This document shows, in pieces, positions 49,732 to 61,742 of a stretch of DNA of 64,000 nt. The notes beneath the pieces were generated by a model. It had not been told where the DNA came from, searched no databases, and saw only the letters and a list, made by a program, of their open reading frames with translations. A program made the translations under genes and the position numbers. The stretch is from Ruditapes philippinarum (Eukaryota). The DNA lies in the NCBI RefSeq assembly GCF_026571515.1, contig NW_026862005.1, positions 186,001-250,000 of the forward strand. The letters run 5' to 3'. Position 1 is the first letter of the stretch. Each line of letters starts with the position of its first letter.

Positions 49732-50590
49732 GTTTGTTAACGCGCATACTACAAAAAAGTTGATGAGATGAACAGCTTAAAAACAGTAAAAACTAATCTC
49801 TACAGAACATGACGTGCCATAAAGTATCCTTAAAGAAAAAAGAATACAAAATCTCAACTTCAAAATTTGTTTTCACAAAGCCAGCATAAACATGCGACTT
49901 ATAAAGCATTTTATTTAAAGAATTTAAAGATCGTTCTATATCCATTCGCATTCATTGAATTTTTAGCTTGTAACTACTTGTTCAAAAGCGGATCAGCAAT
50001 TTGTAATATGATATTTCCCCATAATGCATTAGCTCGTTCAATATAGATCACTAAAATTGAACGTGAACGTGAATGTAATTAAGTAGGCTAAGGCGAATTA
50101 AATTGAAATTATGGTAAGCATACACGAGTAGTGTTTCTTAAGGTGGGATATGTGATAACTGTAAATTTGAACAGTTCCTTATTTAGATTCATTATTTATG
50201 TATAAAGGATAATTTCAAAAATTCTTTTTTTTACCTTTGTTATTTTTTTTCTTCTTTTTGAGAATGATGTATACAAAAAAGAACATGTCCTTTTTCAATT
50301 GAAACTGATATATGTTCAAACATTAATAAATAAAAATGATCAAATAATAAAATGTATCATGAAAATTGATTTTACAAATAAAGAGCAGAAATTATAAATA
50401 TCATCATAATTGCAATGCAGTTCTTTAGCTTTCAATGTTCAATTTAAAGGAAACTTAGTATAATTTTTTGAATTACATAACTTTTCAATTCTTCGCACTC
50501 AGTCAAGGTTTGAATAATATTTAATGTGCCATGAACGCTCTTTTATAGCAGTTAAACAATTTTTGTAGATACGCCATCAGGATTATAGTT

Positions 50591-51101
50591 CTTTGAAGTT
50601 ACGCAGTCATTAATGCCATACACTTTTATCAAATTCAGACCGTACTGGCTGATGTATAACTAAAACAATAGCAAACAGCCAAAAGCTGTCAATAAACGGA
50701 AACGTCTGCCAGAAAAAAAACATCTGTTGATGAATTGTCATCTTCATGATGGAAAACGTGAATGCGGTTTGTACCGCATTCGCAGATGTAAATGAGTCCT
50801 TTCTTGTCAGTCGTTATTCCTTATGGTCAGGTAATTTGGACATTTTTCAGGTTTTTAACAGGTCGCCATTTGCGTTGATCTATATATCTGCCAGTACGTG
50901 ACCTGTCATGTCTAAAACTTGCACTTTACCTTGATGGTTAGCCCACATAGAAATTATGAAAGTGTCGTTATCTAGGTAAGCAATATCAGTACAATACATT
51001 TGTGTTATCATAAATCCTGTTTGGAACTCAAGAGATCTTGAGTCTGTCATTGTCAAAAATTAAATTATACTTTTCTCTTTGTCGTTGTCGTAAGGACGAA
51101 C
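50591..51101 (-). pseudogene. 3' (propeller) fragment of a paralog-8-like gene
   Basis: High identity to 58566-59190 (atctgccagtacgtgacctgtcat, gcactttaccttgatggttagcccacatagaaattatgaaagtgtcg); ~110-bp internal deletion, small indels and a CAA>TAA change; not in the ORF track. Confidence 0.9.
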
Positions 51102-51112
51102 ACGTGTAACTT

Positions 51113-51500
51113 GTAATAGAAAGAGCATCGAAACACGAGGCTATCTGATTTTTACGAGGGGGCCCAGTCCCCGAGTATTAATCGGATTGCCGAGTGTTTT
51201 GATGTTCTTTCTCTTTTGTATCATAGTCAAACATAAAAACACGTTCCCTGTTGTCACAATATGAAATCTCGGGGAAAAGAACCAATGAACGAGCATCTGA
51301 ATATGACATTTCTGTCGCTTTCCCTTTCTCTTCCGTCACAATAAGTAAACCTCAGCAAAAATGAGCCAAGCAATGGGCATGCTCTGGATTGCAGGTAACT
51401 AATAGTCCTGCAGTCCAGTTAACGCACTGTGCATGTATATGTATACGATTTAACTCTGACACATTTGCATCAGAAAGGTCCCCAAACTATGATACAAATA
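51113..51500 (+). mobile_element. Non-autonomous element with a terminal long hairpin and a short asymmetric inverted repeat (Crypton-like?), family 3
   Basis: Hairpin 51118-51212 with two CGAG/CGAG mismatch pairs; tttgtatcatagt (~51215-51227) is inverted at actatgatacaaa (51486-51498); sits at the truncation point of the pseudogene fragment. Confidence 0.65.
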
Positions 51501-51539
51501 AATGATAACGATAACGCATGCCTTTAATTAGCAAACTAC

Positions 51540-52510
51540 AACACGCTGATAAACAATGGGTACAAAGTTTAGGTACAGTTAAAATAACGATAATGCACAA
51601 GGTCACATGTGGTCGTGCGTACGCGTACTTATTATTGTGTATGTATGTTTATCCATAATATATTCATAATTATTTCCCTTACATTGCATATAAAATCGTT
51701 AATTTCCGCATCATTTGTCTTTATGGTTTCTTTAAAGAAGGTTTGGTGCTAATTTTCATGAAAATTTAAAAAAATCTGTTTAAAAGAAAAACAACTGAAA
51801 AAGAGAATAATTTACACATTGTAAACAGCACTTGTAATCCACATAAATTAACAAATGTCAACAAAAGCTGACTGTGTTATTAACGCTTATTTGCACACCG
51901 CCACCTCTGTTACAATTTGAAGACAAGGGGTTTTTCAATGTTTTGGCAATAACTGGCGTATCGATTTGTTTAATAACGGACATACCGTTTAATTTTTTCT
52001 ACAAAATAATTCACGGTTTTTAATCAAACAGTTGCACTGAGTGTAAATTTATGATGTTAAAAAAAATCGTGGCCGATTCAACACGAGGGATTTTGTTGGG
52101 CCTCAATAGATGTCTCATTTCAGACAATATTAGGAATTTATTTGAATTCAAAAGTAATCACCATTTTCACAGTATTATCCGAACATATGAACAAAAGAAG
52201 AGTTGAATATACCATAGTTTGATATAATCAGAGCACCATATGAAAAGGTCTCAAAGAAAACATATATCCAGTATTTTCAAATGTTTATTTTATATTTAAC
52301 AGTAGTGGTTCGTTTAACCCAAATTTGTTGTAAAAGATACAGGTATAAATTTATTCAAATAAATTACAGATACATTATGAAAATCCTCTTCTGACCTTGA
52401 GATTTTTTTCACATTTGATTTCAAACCGACATCAGAAATGTAAGAATAATGTTTTGTTTCTATAAGCACTGATGATGAAAATTGTTACATAATGCACAAG
52501 TGAATGATTA
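51540..52510. repeat. 3' flank of paralog 7, duplicated at ~62950-63893 and ~26240-26935
   Basis: cacgctgataaacaatgggtacaaagttt through ttcaaaccgacatcagaa is shared with the 62950 copy. Confidence 0.85.
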
Positions 52511-53710
52511 ATGTGTCAAGCTTAGTTTTGTGGAGAATCTCTGGTATTTTTGATACTCTTCCTATGACGTTATTCGGGATATCTGTATGCATATCAAAAC
52601 AAACACCGTCACTACGATGAGTTTTATTCATCAACTTTAAACACCTTGATCGTATCACGCTCTGCCTGGCCAACGTATAACTTCCTTCCGGCTGAGTTGA
52701 AGCAAATTCCAAAAGGCTCCCAATCACCAGGAAGCGTATGCAACAATATAACCTTCTCGGAATACTCACAATGTGGATGAAGGTAGAACAGTTTATTAGT
52801 ACCGGTTTCAACGACATACACAAATCCCTCTTCGTCAATTGTTATACCTTCTGGATGCCACATATAGGCCACTGCTTTGGTTTCATAACTATCGAGATCA
52901 ATTTTAATTATCTCGTTTCTATACCAGTCACTAACGTATGTGTACTTGCCTTTTGTGTCTATAGTTAAGCAGTAAGGATTTCTGAACATGCTCACTCCGT
53001 CACTATCTGTTTTAATATCAATTAAAGTTTGTCCGTCCATACTTTACCTTCATTATCAAGAGACATTTTAAAGACTTGTATCTAGATAGTTATTATTGAA
53101 GATATACTACAATGTCACAATGATAAATGACTAACTTTGACGGGTTATCTGAATCTTTTTCTTTTTTATTATAAAAACTGACATAATAGTATACAAGTTT
53201 CAAAGACATATGTCAATTCTTTTAAGATCTCCTCTTTGATTGGTACTGCTTATGCTGTGCTATTGCTACTGCCAATTTCACGTTTTATAATTTTCTCACT
53301 GCTACTTCTGTGCTACTGCTACTGCCAACTTCATGTTTTATAATTTTGTTACTGCTACTGCTCAATGCTACTGCTAACTTCCTACTGGTGATGACCACTT
53401 ATAAAAGTGAGTGTATTTTATGAAAAACTGCATCTATAGAAACTTGATCCTTAAACGTTAGGACCATAAGATAAGAATACAGAGGGCCAATTAGTGATGA
53501 CAAGACTCTACTCAGTGGACGTGTTAATGTGGTCAATACAGTTAATAGTGATATACTAGCTGATAAGCCTTACTGAAATTCAGCACGTCTCTGGGAAAAT
53601 GCGTGAACTTAAGTAAATATATGGTGGTGATTGACACGCCCCTCCTGTGACTGCTATTGCCAGTGTGATATTAAATTTTGTTCAAGATGAAACGACCATT
53701 TTCATTGGCT

Positions 53711-54169
53711 AAAATAAGTCGTGGCCACAAGATAATAACTCGTGGCCACGAGAAAATAAGTCGTGGCCTCAATATAATAAGTCGTGGCCACAAGATAATA
53801 ACTCGTGGCCACGAGATAATATCTTGAGGCCACAAGATAATATCTTGAGGCCACAAGATAATAACTCGTGGCCACGAGATAATAAGTCGTGGCCACGAGA
53901 TAATATCTTGAGGCCACGAGATAATAAGTCGTGGCCCCGAGATAATAAGTCGTGTCCACGAGATAATATCTTGAGGCCACGAGATAATAAGTCGTGGCCA
54001 CAAGATAATAACTCGTGGCCACGAGATAATATCTTGAGGCCACAAGATAATAAGTCGTGGCCACGAGATAATAAGTCGTGGCAACGAGATAATATCTTGA
54101 GGCCTCAAGATAATAAGTCGTGGCCACGAGATAAAATAAAACTGCAAATGTCACCTCTATGCCACCGTA
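53711..54169. repeat. Minisatellite of 20 x 21 bp ending in one TIR of the 15226 MITE family
   Basis: Units ataataagtcgtggccacgag / ataatatcttgaggccacgag / ataataactcgtggccacgag from 53711 to 54130, followed by atgtcacctctatgccaccgta. Confidence 0.92.
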
Positions 54170-54886
54170 GAATTGCCAAAACATTGATATCCTACTTGTT
54201 TTTAAAAATATGCGAGTGGTCGTTTTGCAGTTGTGGAATATTTGTTTAGTACTTATGTTTAATGAATAGGCAGAATAAATTTATGTCTATTTCCTTTGGA
54301 TAAGTTCCAATTAGAAATAATCGGCATGGTGTTCCGAAGTTAACAGAGCAGCACAATTTCGGAACACGGTTTACCAAATAGTTTTGTTTTGTTTTAAATA
54401 GTTTTGTTTTGTTTGTTTGTTTTCATTCATCAAACGCATGGTTCCTACTTATGCATGTTAAATAAAATTTAGTTATACTTGTATATAGTTTCTTAATCTT
54501 TTTTCAGTTATTGTTGAGTTTCTTAATTAAAAAAATCTAACTTGATAGTCCGATATGAACTTACACAGTTCGGTATACTTATGTTTTTATTTTGGTAACT
54601 TCATCAACATTTTGCATTTTAGCGAGATGCAATTAATGGTCTCTTTGGCCTCCTTTGCATCACTTAGTCATGTGTATTGTACATCGAATAGAAAAGAAAA
54701 AAAACACAATATTTAGTCGCAATCAGTGAATTACTTGAATCAAAATTAATAGGTCACCTTTTGGCAATACTATTTAATACTATTTAAGGAAATGATTGGT
54801 GACGTGTCGGGGTTGGTCCTCTCAGTGCCTGAAAGGGCGGATAGACCCTTATTTAACTAGACACATGTATCAATTTATACACTTTA
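54170..54886. repeat. Inverted copy of 46210-46883 inside the paralog 7 coding region
   Basis: Reverse-complement match; homology stops at the MITE TIR on one side and at the coding sequence on the other. Confidence 0.9.
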
Positions 54887-57800
54887 AATGTAAGCAATGG
54901 CGTAGCAAAACATTTCCGTAAGTATGGGTTTCTTTTGGAAAACGAGCTTTTTCCTGTCCGTCAGGGTTAAAAATTTGATCTTACTTCTTTTTTCATCTTC
55001 ATCATAAGCATGAACAAATGCTAATTGATTGTTGTCTATTTTTGTAACCGCTTCCGGAGCCAAACTGACCAACTTTCTGTGCACAAGTACCGGTATATTA
55101 AGTTGAACATCAATTAACTTTAGCGAACAATTATTTTTATCACAAAGGACAAGATATTGTTCAGATATCATACAACAATCAATTATGTGACACACTTTTT
55201 CATCTCCGTCAGCTTTCACATATATATCATCCAAAGCATGAGCATTCCTTTTTTGTTTTGTCTTGGCTTCGTTTTGGACCTCCAGCGAAATACTCCGCTG
55301 CAACAAACTACCAAATGCTTTAACTTCTTTACAAAAATGTTTCGCTCTGTCTTCTAGATGATATTCAGGACTGCAAGGACATATCTTGTCAATGGAATCT
55401 TCTTCTTGCTTAATTTGTTCACCTATTTGTTTTTAATCAATGAATATCTTATATTTTTTATTTTCAGGTGTTGATGTTAGATTACTTATATTTCTCGACA
55501 ATTTATCTATTTCAAGAGCTAAATGATCATGTGTATCTTTAAAAGAGTTAATTACCTTGCACTCCTGTTCTTTTGTGGTCTGAATCATATTTTCAATTTC
55601 ATTGGCCTCTTTGTCAAACTTCTCAAAAATGTTTTCTTTTTCTTGTTTGATTACACACCGTGTCTCTGTAGCAATTTTGCTCAAATGCTCGTGTTTGGTT
55701 GCAAAAGTTTCTTGAGTGTCTGACAATTTATCTGTTAGTGTCTTATAATGTGAGTGTATCAAGTTTATTTCTTTTCCAAAATTCTGATCTTTCAATAATT
55801 CAGGTAAATATTTCAGACAACATGCATCTGTATGTAAATCTTCTTTACAAATAGTACAAACGAAATTTGTACACGTGTAACAATAAAACTTAACTATCTC
55901 TTTGGTATGGGTTTTACATTTTTCAAAACATTTATCCGAATAAACGTCATCTCCCACTACATACTTGTGCTTCCGAAAAAACTTTCCATGGTGTTTAAGG
56001 CATGTTGAACAATAATATGCTATACAAGAGCCGCAAAAAGCACATGCCGTTCTATGTATTCCATCCCTCATACAAGTTTCACAGACCATTTCAAAGATTT
56101 CATCTGAATCATCAAAAGTCCTAGATACTGGCTGTGCCACACTTCCAGTTTTCAAAATAACGCCATTTTTTTGGCCGCCATTGAAATCTAAATTAAATGT
56201 AGATTCAGCCATATTTGTTAACACGTATATCACAAACTGGCTTAAAGTGTCAGATATATTTAAAACCAGTAAAAGTCTACAAAAAGATTATTTATATAGA
56301 AACGATATGGCATGAAATATCCGTAAAGAACAGCGATAATGAAAAACAAAACTTAACCCGAGAATTTCTTTTCACAATAGCTAGCATAAAACAGCGACAT
56401 GTATATTCATTGAATTCTTAATACGTTATCTCTTTTCAAATATTTGTGATATGATATCTTTTCCCACAATGCATTTTCTCGTTGCTTATATGTTTAGATA
56501 ATGATATTGGCTAAGGGGAATGAATTAGCACTGACAGTAAGCATACACGAGTAATGTTTCTTTAATTTGGGTTTATGTGGTTATTGAAAGAAAGGAGACT
56601 GTGTTTCTGGCTTTTAAAAATAAGTGACATTGCAGTCAAAACTCGTAAAAATGGTTGTTTTGCTATATTGTAGCGTCCCGTGTTGATATCAATTTAATAA
56701 CAGTTGTTGACTGTTACATGTTCTATTAACTAAGCCCGCTTTGCTATGTTGTCTGTTCATGTACTTTGGATTAATAAAAATCTGCTTTGTAACAACCTAG
56801 GCTCGAAACTTTGTTATTTCGCTGATGCAATATGTATAAAAATTTACACCACAGGCACAGATAGATGCTGTATCAAAGGCATTTATTATAAATATCTACT
56901 TTAAATGACACTTGATAATCAGATACATACGACCGCAAACCAATGCTTATCAATAAAGCACTAATATATAAATTGATGTTTGCAAGACTTGTTTACCAGG
57001 TACCAATTATAAGTCTTCAAGTTTTTATGCTTTTGATCTGATTTAGAAAGACGGATTGACGAACATCAGACGATATTCTTATGGACTCTGCAGTAAATTA
57101 AATAACGTTATGATATATCAGTGAACAAAACAAATAGCATAAGAATGTTTGATTTTAACTAAATTTATTAATGTAAGCCCTTAACAATCAACCTTGCGCA
57201 ATTGAAACACCCGACAACAACACGAAAAATATCTCGAATTTCAATATACGGCCGTGCTTACAAACATTATTATTAACATATGATTAAGATCGGGATTGGT
57301 GCTTGTGTAATAAACAATAAATAAAACGTAATAAATAATACTCAAATTTTAAAATGGAAATTGTTAAAATGTTTACATCCTTTTTAATATAATTCATCCA
57401 GGAAAATATGCAAACTATTAAGGCAGAACCTTTCCGTAAAAGGAATCTCGACTTCAGTCTTTTTACAGATATTAAATCTACTGTAAGGGTAAATTAATTA
57501 CAAGATTTAAACAAAAGTTTTTTAAAGTAAATTTTCTCGTTACTAAAATAAAATTAAATTACTTTTCAATGTTAAATAATACTTTACTCTCTTATGAACT
57601 CAGAGGTTTTCAGTTGCGGAGTCCTTGCTGCTAACGAAACTCAGCCTTTTATTCTTTTATTCGTGAATTGCTGATAGTTTGCTAACGGTTTCCTATCAAA
57701 ATTTGAAACTTGTGAGTTGCTAACAAAATACCAAGGAAAATGGCAGGAAGAGTTGCTAACACTACTATCACTGCTAACAGATAATACAATAGGAGTTAAA

Positions 57801-58565
57801 AGTCACGCAAATAAAATTGACATATCTTATACAAAAATAATTAGTATAATACACAGTAAAAATGGATCGGCAACTTATATGAAACATATTATTTCCGTAT
57901 GCATAACTTAACACTTCCATAAGAACCGTCATTTGGTAAATTAAAATTAATATGACGACGTCATCATATCTTCCATTACCAACATGGCAAACAATAAACA
58001 CGTCCGGGTTACAGGAAACAGTAAAATTTCGAATTATGCGTAAGGATACGCTATCAAAAAAAATACATTGACAATCAGTAGAATTTAGCATTTTTATAAC
58101 ATAACAATTATATTTAACTAGAAAATAAGTATAGAAAGGCTAATTAAAAAGTAAAATGCGGTGCATCAAAATGTACTATTATTAAAATACAAAGTTTCTT
58201 CTTCTTTCTCTCTATTTCTATCTTTCTCACTTTTTGAGAATGAGAACAAAACCATGTTCTTGTTGTGAAACTATTGAATTGGTATATATTCATACACGCA
58301 TAAACAAGAATTATCACATAATACATGTATATACATTTTGTTAAAAACATTGATTACAACTTTAAAGCGTGGATATGATTACGCGGCACATTTCTAAAGT
58401 TTTCATCTATTGTTTGTTTTAATGTCTCAGGAATTTAGGTAGGATATTTGAAATTCTCTAACTTTCTTTTTCTTCTACACACACTTTTTTTTTATTATTT
58501 ACGCTATGGGAACTCTTCTACAGCAGTTTTCAATTACCCACAGACATACGGTCATGTTTTCAGTT

Positions 58566-60338
58566 CTATAAAGTTACGCAATCATTAATTTCATACACTT
58601 TTATAAAGTTCAGACCGTACTGGCTTACGTACAACTTTCTATCTGACAAAGAATAGCAAACAGCCAAAGGCTGCCAATTAGCAGAAGTGTCTTCCAGTAA
58701 AACATCTGGAGGTGAAATGTTATCTTCGGGATGGAAAACGTGAATGCGGTTTGTACCGTTTTCGCAGATGTAAAGGAGTCCTTCCTTGTCAGTCGATATT
58801 CCTTCTGGGTGCCAAAACCGATGGCGTAACTCCTTGACTGCTCGGTTTTCCAAATTTATGGCGGTAATGCAATTACGGTACCAGTCCGACACATACAACA
58901 TTGTACCGTCGGAATTTATGGTAAGGTAGTTTGGACATTTGAACAGTTTTTCGCCTTTTGTGTTGTTCTCAATATCTGCCAGTACGTGACCTGTCATATC
59001 TACAATTTGCACTTTACCTTGATGGTTAGCCCACATAGAAATTATGAAAGTGTCGTTATCGTGGTAAACAATATTAGTACAATACATTTGTGTTATCATA
59101 AACCCTGTCTGGAACTCAAGAGATCTTGAGTCTGTCACTGTCAAAAATTGAATTATACTTTTCTCTTTGTCGTTGTCGCATGGGTGAACAAGGGCAAATT
59201 CCGTGTCGGTGACCTTTGCGGCAGCTTCGGGGACAGTTCTGATTCTTCGTACATATATTACCTTTCCAATTTTTGTATCGATGAGTTTCACCGAGGAATT
59301 CGTTTTGTCACAGGCTATAAGATACTGCTCGGACAATAAACAGCAGTCGCCAATGTGACAAGAACCGTTGTCGAATAATGAACTAACGTTGATATCACAT
59401 ACAAAGCGTGCGACTTTTCGTTTTGGTTCTACTATTATTTTTTTCTTATGTATATTAAACTCCCGGGCGTTTTTGCCAAAATGAACGACTCTTTCCTTTA
59501 AGTCATTTGCATGTTTCTGCAACTCATTCCTAAAAGAATTGTCTTTGGTGGTATGTTTTGTTAAAATGTCAATGTCTTTTACAATTTCCGTTAGCTTTGG
59601 ACTTATATCCTTCATTTTGATAAACAGTTTGTACTTTTCTTTTGTTGGTGATGAAGAAATCTGAGAAATACCATGGTCAAGGCATCCGATTTCTTGGCTT
59701 AAAGATACAATTTTATCTCTCACATATTTTTTCATCTCTTCGTTAGATTTAATCACTGAACGTGCTCCCTCCTCAATTTGTTCAGCTTCCTTCTCAAACT
59801 CTTCGAACAATGAATCCTTTTCCTTTTTTATTCCGATTTTCAAATTAGTGCTTATTTTGTCGATCTGCTCTTGTTGAGGTTTGCTTTTTATATCAATATC
59901 GGCCATTTTCCTTGAAATCTCATTCCATTCAGATATAAGTTGCTTTAATTCGTTGCCTTTTTCTAAATCTTTGACAATATCCGGTAAATATTTTAAATCA
60001 CAAGTGCCCTTATGGTCATTCCTTTTGCAAGTAGAGCATACAAATGTGTCACACGTTAAACATTGAAACTTCAGAATTTCTTTGGAATGAATTGGACATT
60101 TTTCAGTACAAACATTCTTGTGGTATGCTATCCCCAAACAAGCAAATATGTTCCGGTAGGAACTTCCCATGTAGTCCAAGCATGTGGAGCAAAGATATGA
60201 AATGCAAACCGTGCAAAAAGCCGACGCAATAGCGTGTTTTCCATCTCTATAACATGTTTCACAATACATCTCGAAGACTTCGTCAGACCCCAATTCGCTT
60301 GGACCCAAAAAGGTTAAAGGTTCCTCTTTCTCAGACAT
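58566..60338 (-). CDS. RING-less TRIM-like B-box/coiled-coil/NHL-like propeller protein, paralog 8 (590 aa; third subfamily) with a compensated frameshift in B-box1
   Basis: Open ORF with the same architecture (LYVSDWYR, FWHPEGISTDKEG); strong acceptor ttcttttgtatttgcAG near 60420; about 19 codons at 60115-60172 read in a shifted frame. Confidence 0.85.
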   Translation of the reverse strand: MSEKEEPLTFLGPSELGSDEVFEMYCETCYRDGKHAIASAFCTVCISYLCSTCLDYMGSSYRNIFACLGIAYHKNVCTEKCPIHSKEILKFQCLTCDTFVCSTCKRNDHKGTCDLKYLPDIVKDLEKGNELKQLISEWNEISRKMADIDIKSKPQQEQIDKISTNLKIGIKKEKDSLFEEFEKEAEQIEEGARSVIKSNEEMKKYVRDKIVSLSQEIGCLDHGISQISSSPTKEKYKLFIKMKDISPKLTEIVKDIDILTKHTTKDNSFRNELQKHANDLKERVVHFGKNAREFNIHKKKIIVEPKRKVARFVCDINVSSLFDNGSCHIGDCCLLSEQYLIACDKTNSSVKLIDTKIGKVIYVRRIRTVPEAAAKVTDTEFALVHPCDNDKEKSIIQFLTVTDSRSLEFQTGFMITQMYCTNIVYHDNDTFIISMWANHQGKVQIVDMTGHVLADIENNTKGEKLFKCPNYLTINSDGTMLYVSDWYRNCITAINLENRAVKELRHRFWHPEGISTDKEGLLYICENGTNRIHVFHPEDNISPPDVLLEDTSANWQPLAVCYSLSDRKLYVSQYGLNFIKVYEINDCVTL

Positions 60339-61596
60339 ATTTATCTCCGTGTGTCTCCTTCTTTAGGCAATAATTTATCAACAGAAGCTTTTTTTATGTA
60401 ACTATATCATCTTTTTACACTGCAAATACAAAAGAATGTTCCAAAGATTGTTATGTAACGATAATGAAAAAGTCTTTCAAACACTAGTTTTATTTTCGCT
60501 TAATAATTATGTCGTGTTCTATACTTCATGGGATAGAGATTCACAATTGTTAACCAAAACGGCTTCTATACGGTCATATTATTCGTTCTCTTGCTTCTTT
60601 ACAAATTGTGTCCGGTTTCCATACATACATTAACACAGTAAGTGTTGTAGGAAAGATATCGGGAGTCTTACAAATTTGCATTTCTACATTAATAAGTATT
60701 AATTTGTTTTAAGTATTTCACGGAACATTTCATTATTTTCCAAGTGAAACATGAACAATCCGAAGTTGTGCATAAAGAATGCGTATTAACGCAAAATTAT
60801 GAAGCTTCTGTCTGTAAATATTCAGAATGATGAGTGAAATATAACTACCTAAATATAACTTAGATTGTTTTCTGATATACATGACCCTCATTCTACCGAT
60901 ATTTGCCGACAAAATTAAGTATAGAGTTCAAATATACCCAATGAAGTGTAAAGTAAATATTTTTAAGGCTACTGGTAAAATACTATCATGGCACCAGATA
61001 TGTAGCGATATTTGTCGAGTGTTGGCTATCTTTATTTACGAAAACTAAAATATGAAAGTATATTCAAAATATACACTGCATTTGTTATACATGTACAAAA
61101 GTGCATTTTTAGAATGCAATAAATCTTGTTCTTGCCGATTAAATAATTTGTAAATATGTAAAAGAATTGACGAGTTTTCACTTTCTTTAAGATATGAACA
61201 TTTCTGAAGAAAAGAGGAAACCCTTGTACGTTTTAAATATTTTCAATGTGTGAAATGTTAACTTATATGACAGTTATAGTTTACTGTGCAATTATAAGCA
61301 ATATTTTTGCAGCTGGTTTTACCATTGCTGATTTAATACTATGAGCTTTTTCTATATTGTTTAGTAAAATACTGTATTCTATTGGACGGGTACACATCTG
61401 TCAAAACTATATTGGACGAGGCGCAAGCCGAGTCTGATACAGGTTTTACAGCTGTGTACAATAGAATCATTATTGTTTTTTACCATGTTTATTGACCTTT
61501 TTATTTCACACCACCATTTTTGACATTTGACAGAACTTTGTAATTTTAATTTAAAAAAAAACACAATGTGATATGAATATTAGACCCTCAAAAACA

Positions 61597-61742
61597 AAAA
61601 CGCGGCTATATGGGGTACGATATGGATTTGAAATGTTTGGACGCTAGAAATGAATACGATGCTATATAGGGTGAGTTATGGATTTTAGACCTTTTAGACT
61701 TTTGAAATGAAAACGAGGCTATAAGGGGTGTGATATGGATTT
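61597..61742. repeat. Degenerate ~55-bp tandem repeat, ~2.6 copies
   Basis: aa.acg..gctata..gggt....tatggattt occurs three times. Confidence 0.7.

Larger units (their letters stand above)
52624..56212 (-). pseudogene. Paralog 7 (paralog-6-like), disrupted
   Basis: Three collinear ORF pieces (56212-55433, 55306-54884, 53040-52624); in-frame TAA at 55433-55435; ~1.8-kb insertion ~53067-54886 replacing about 9 codons; 13-bp frameshifting deletion at 53040/53041 (EGKV|MDG versus EGKVQIIDMDG in paralog 6). Confidence 0.9.

Noticed and set aside
53711-54130. CRISPR-like appearance of the palindromic tandem repeat
   Set aside because: No unique spacers, no cas genes, eukaryotic context.
53671-54249. 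Three repetitive ORFs (WPRLIIS / YYLVATT / RDNKSWP)
   Set aside because: Translations of a stop-free 21-bp MITE-derived minisatellite.
53041-54886. Insertion in paralog 7 as a genuine intron
   Set aside because: No GT-AG boundaries restoring the frame, codons are lost, the gene has independent stop and frameshift lesions, and all paralogs lack coding introns.
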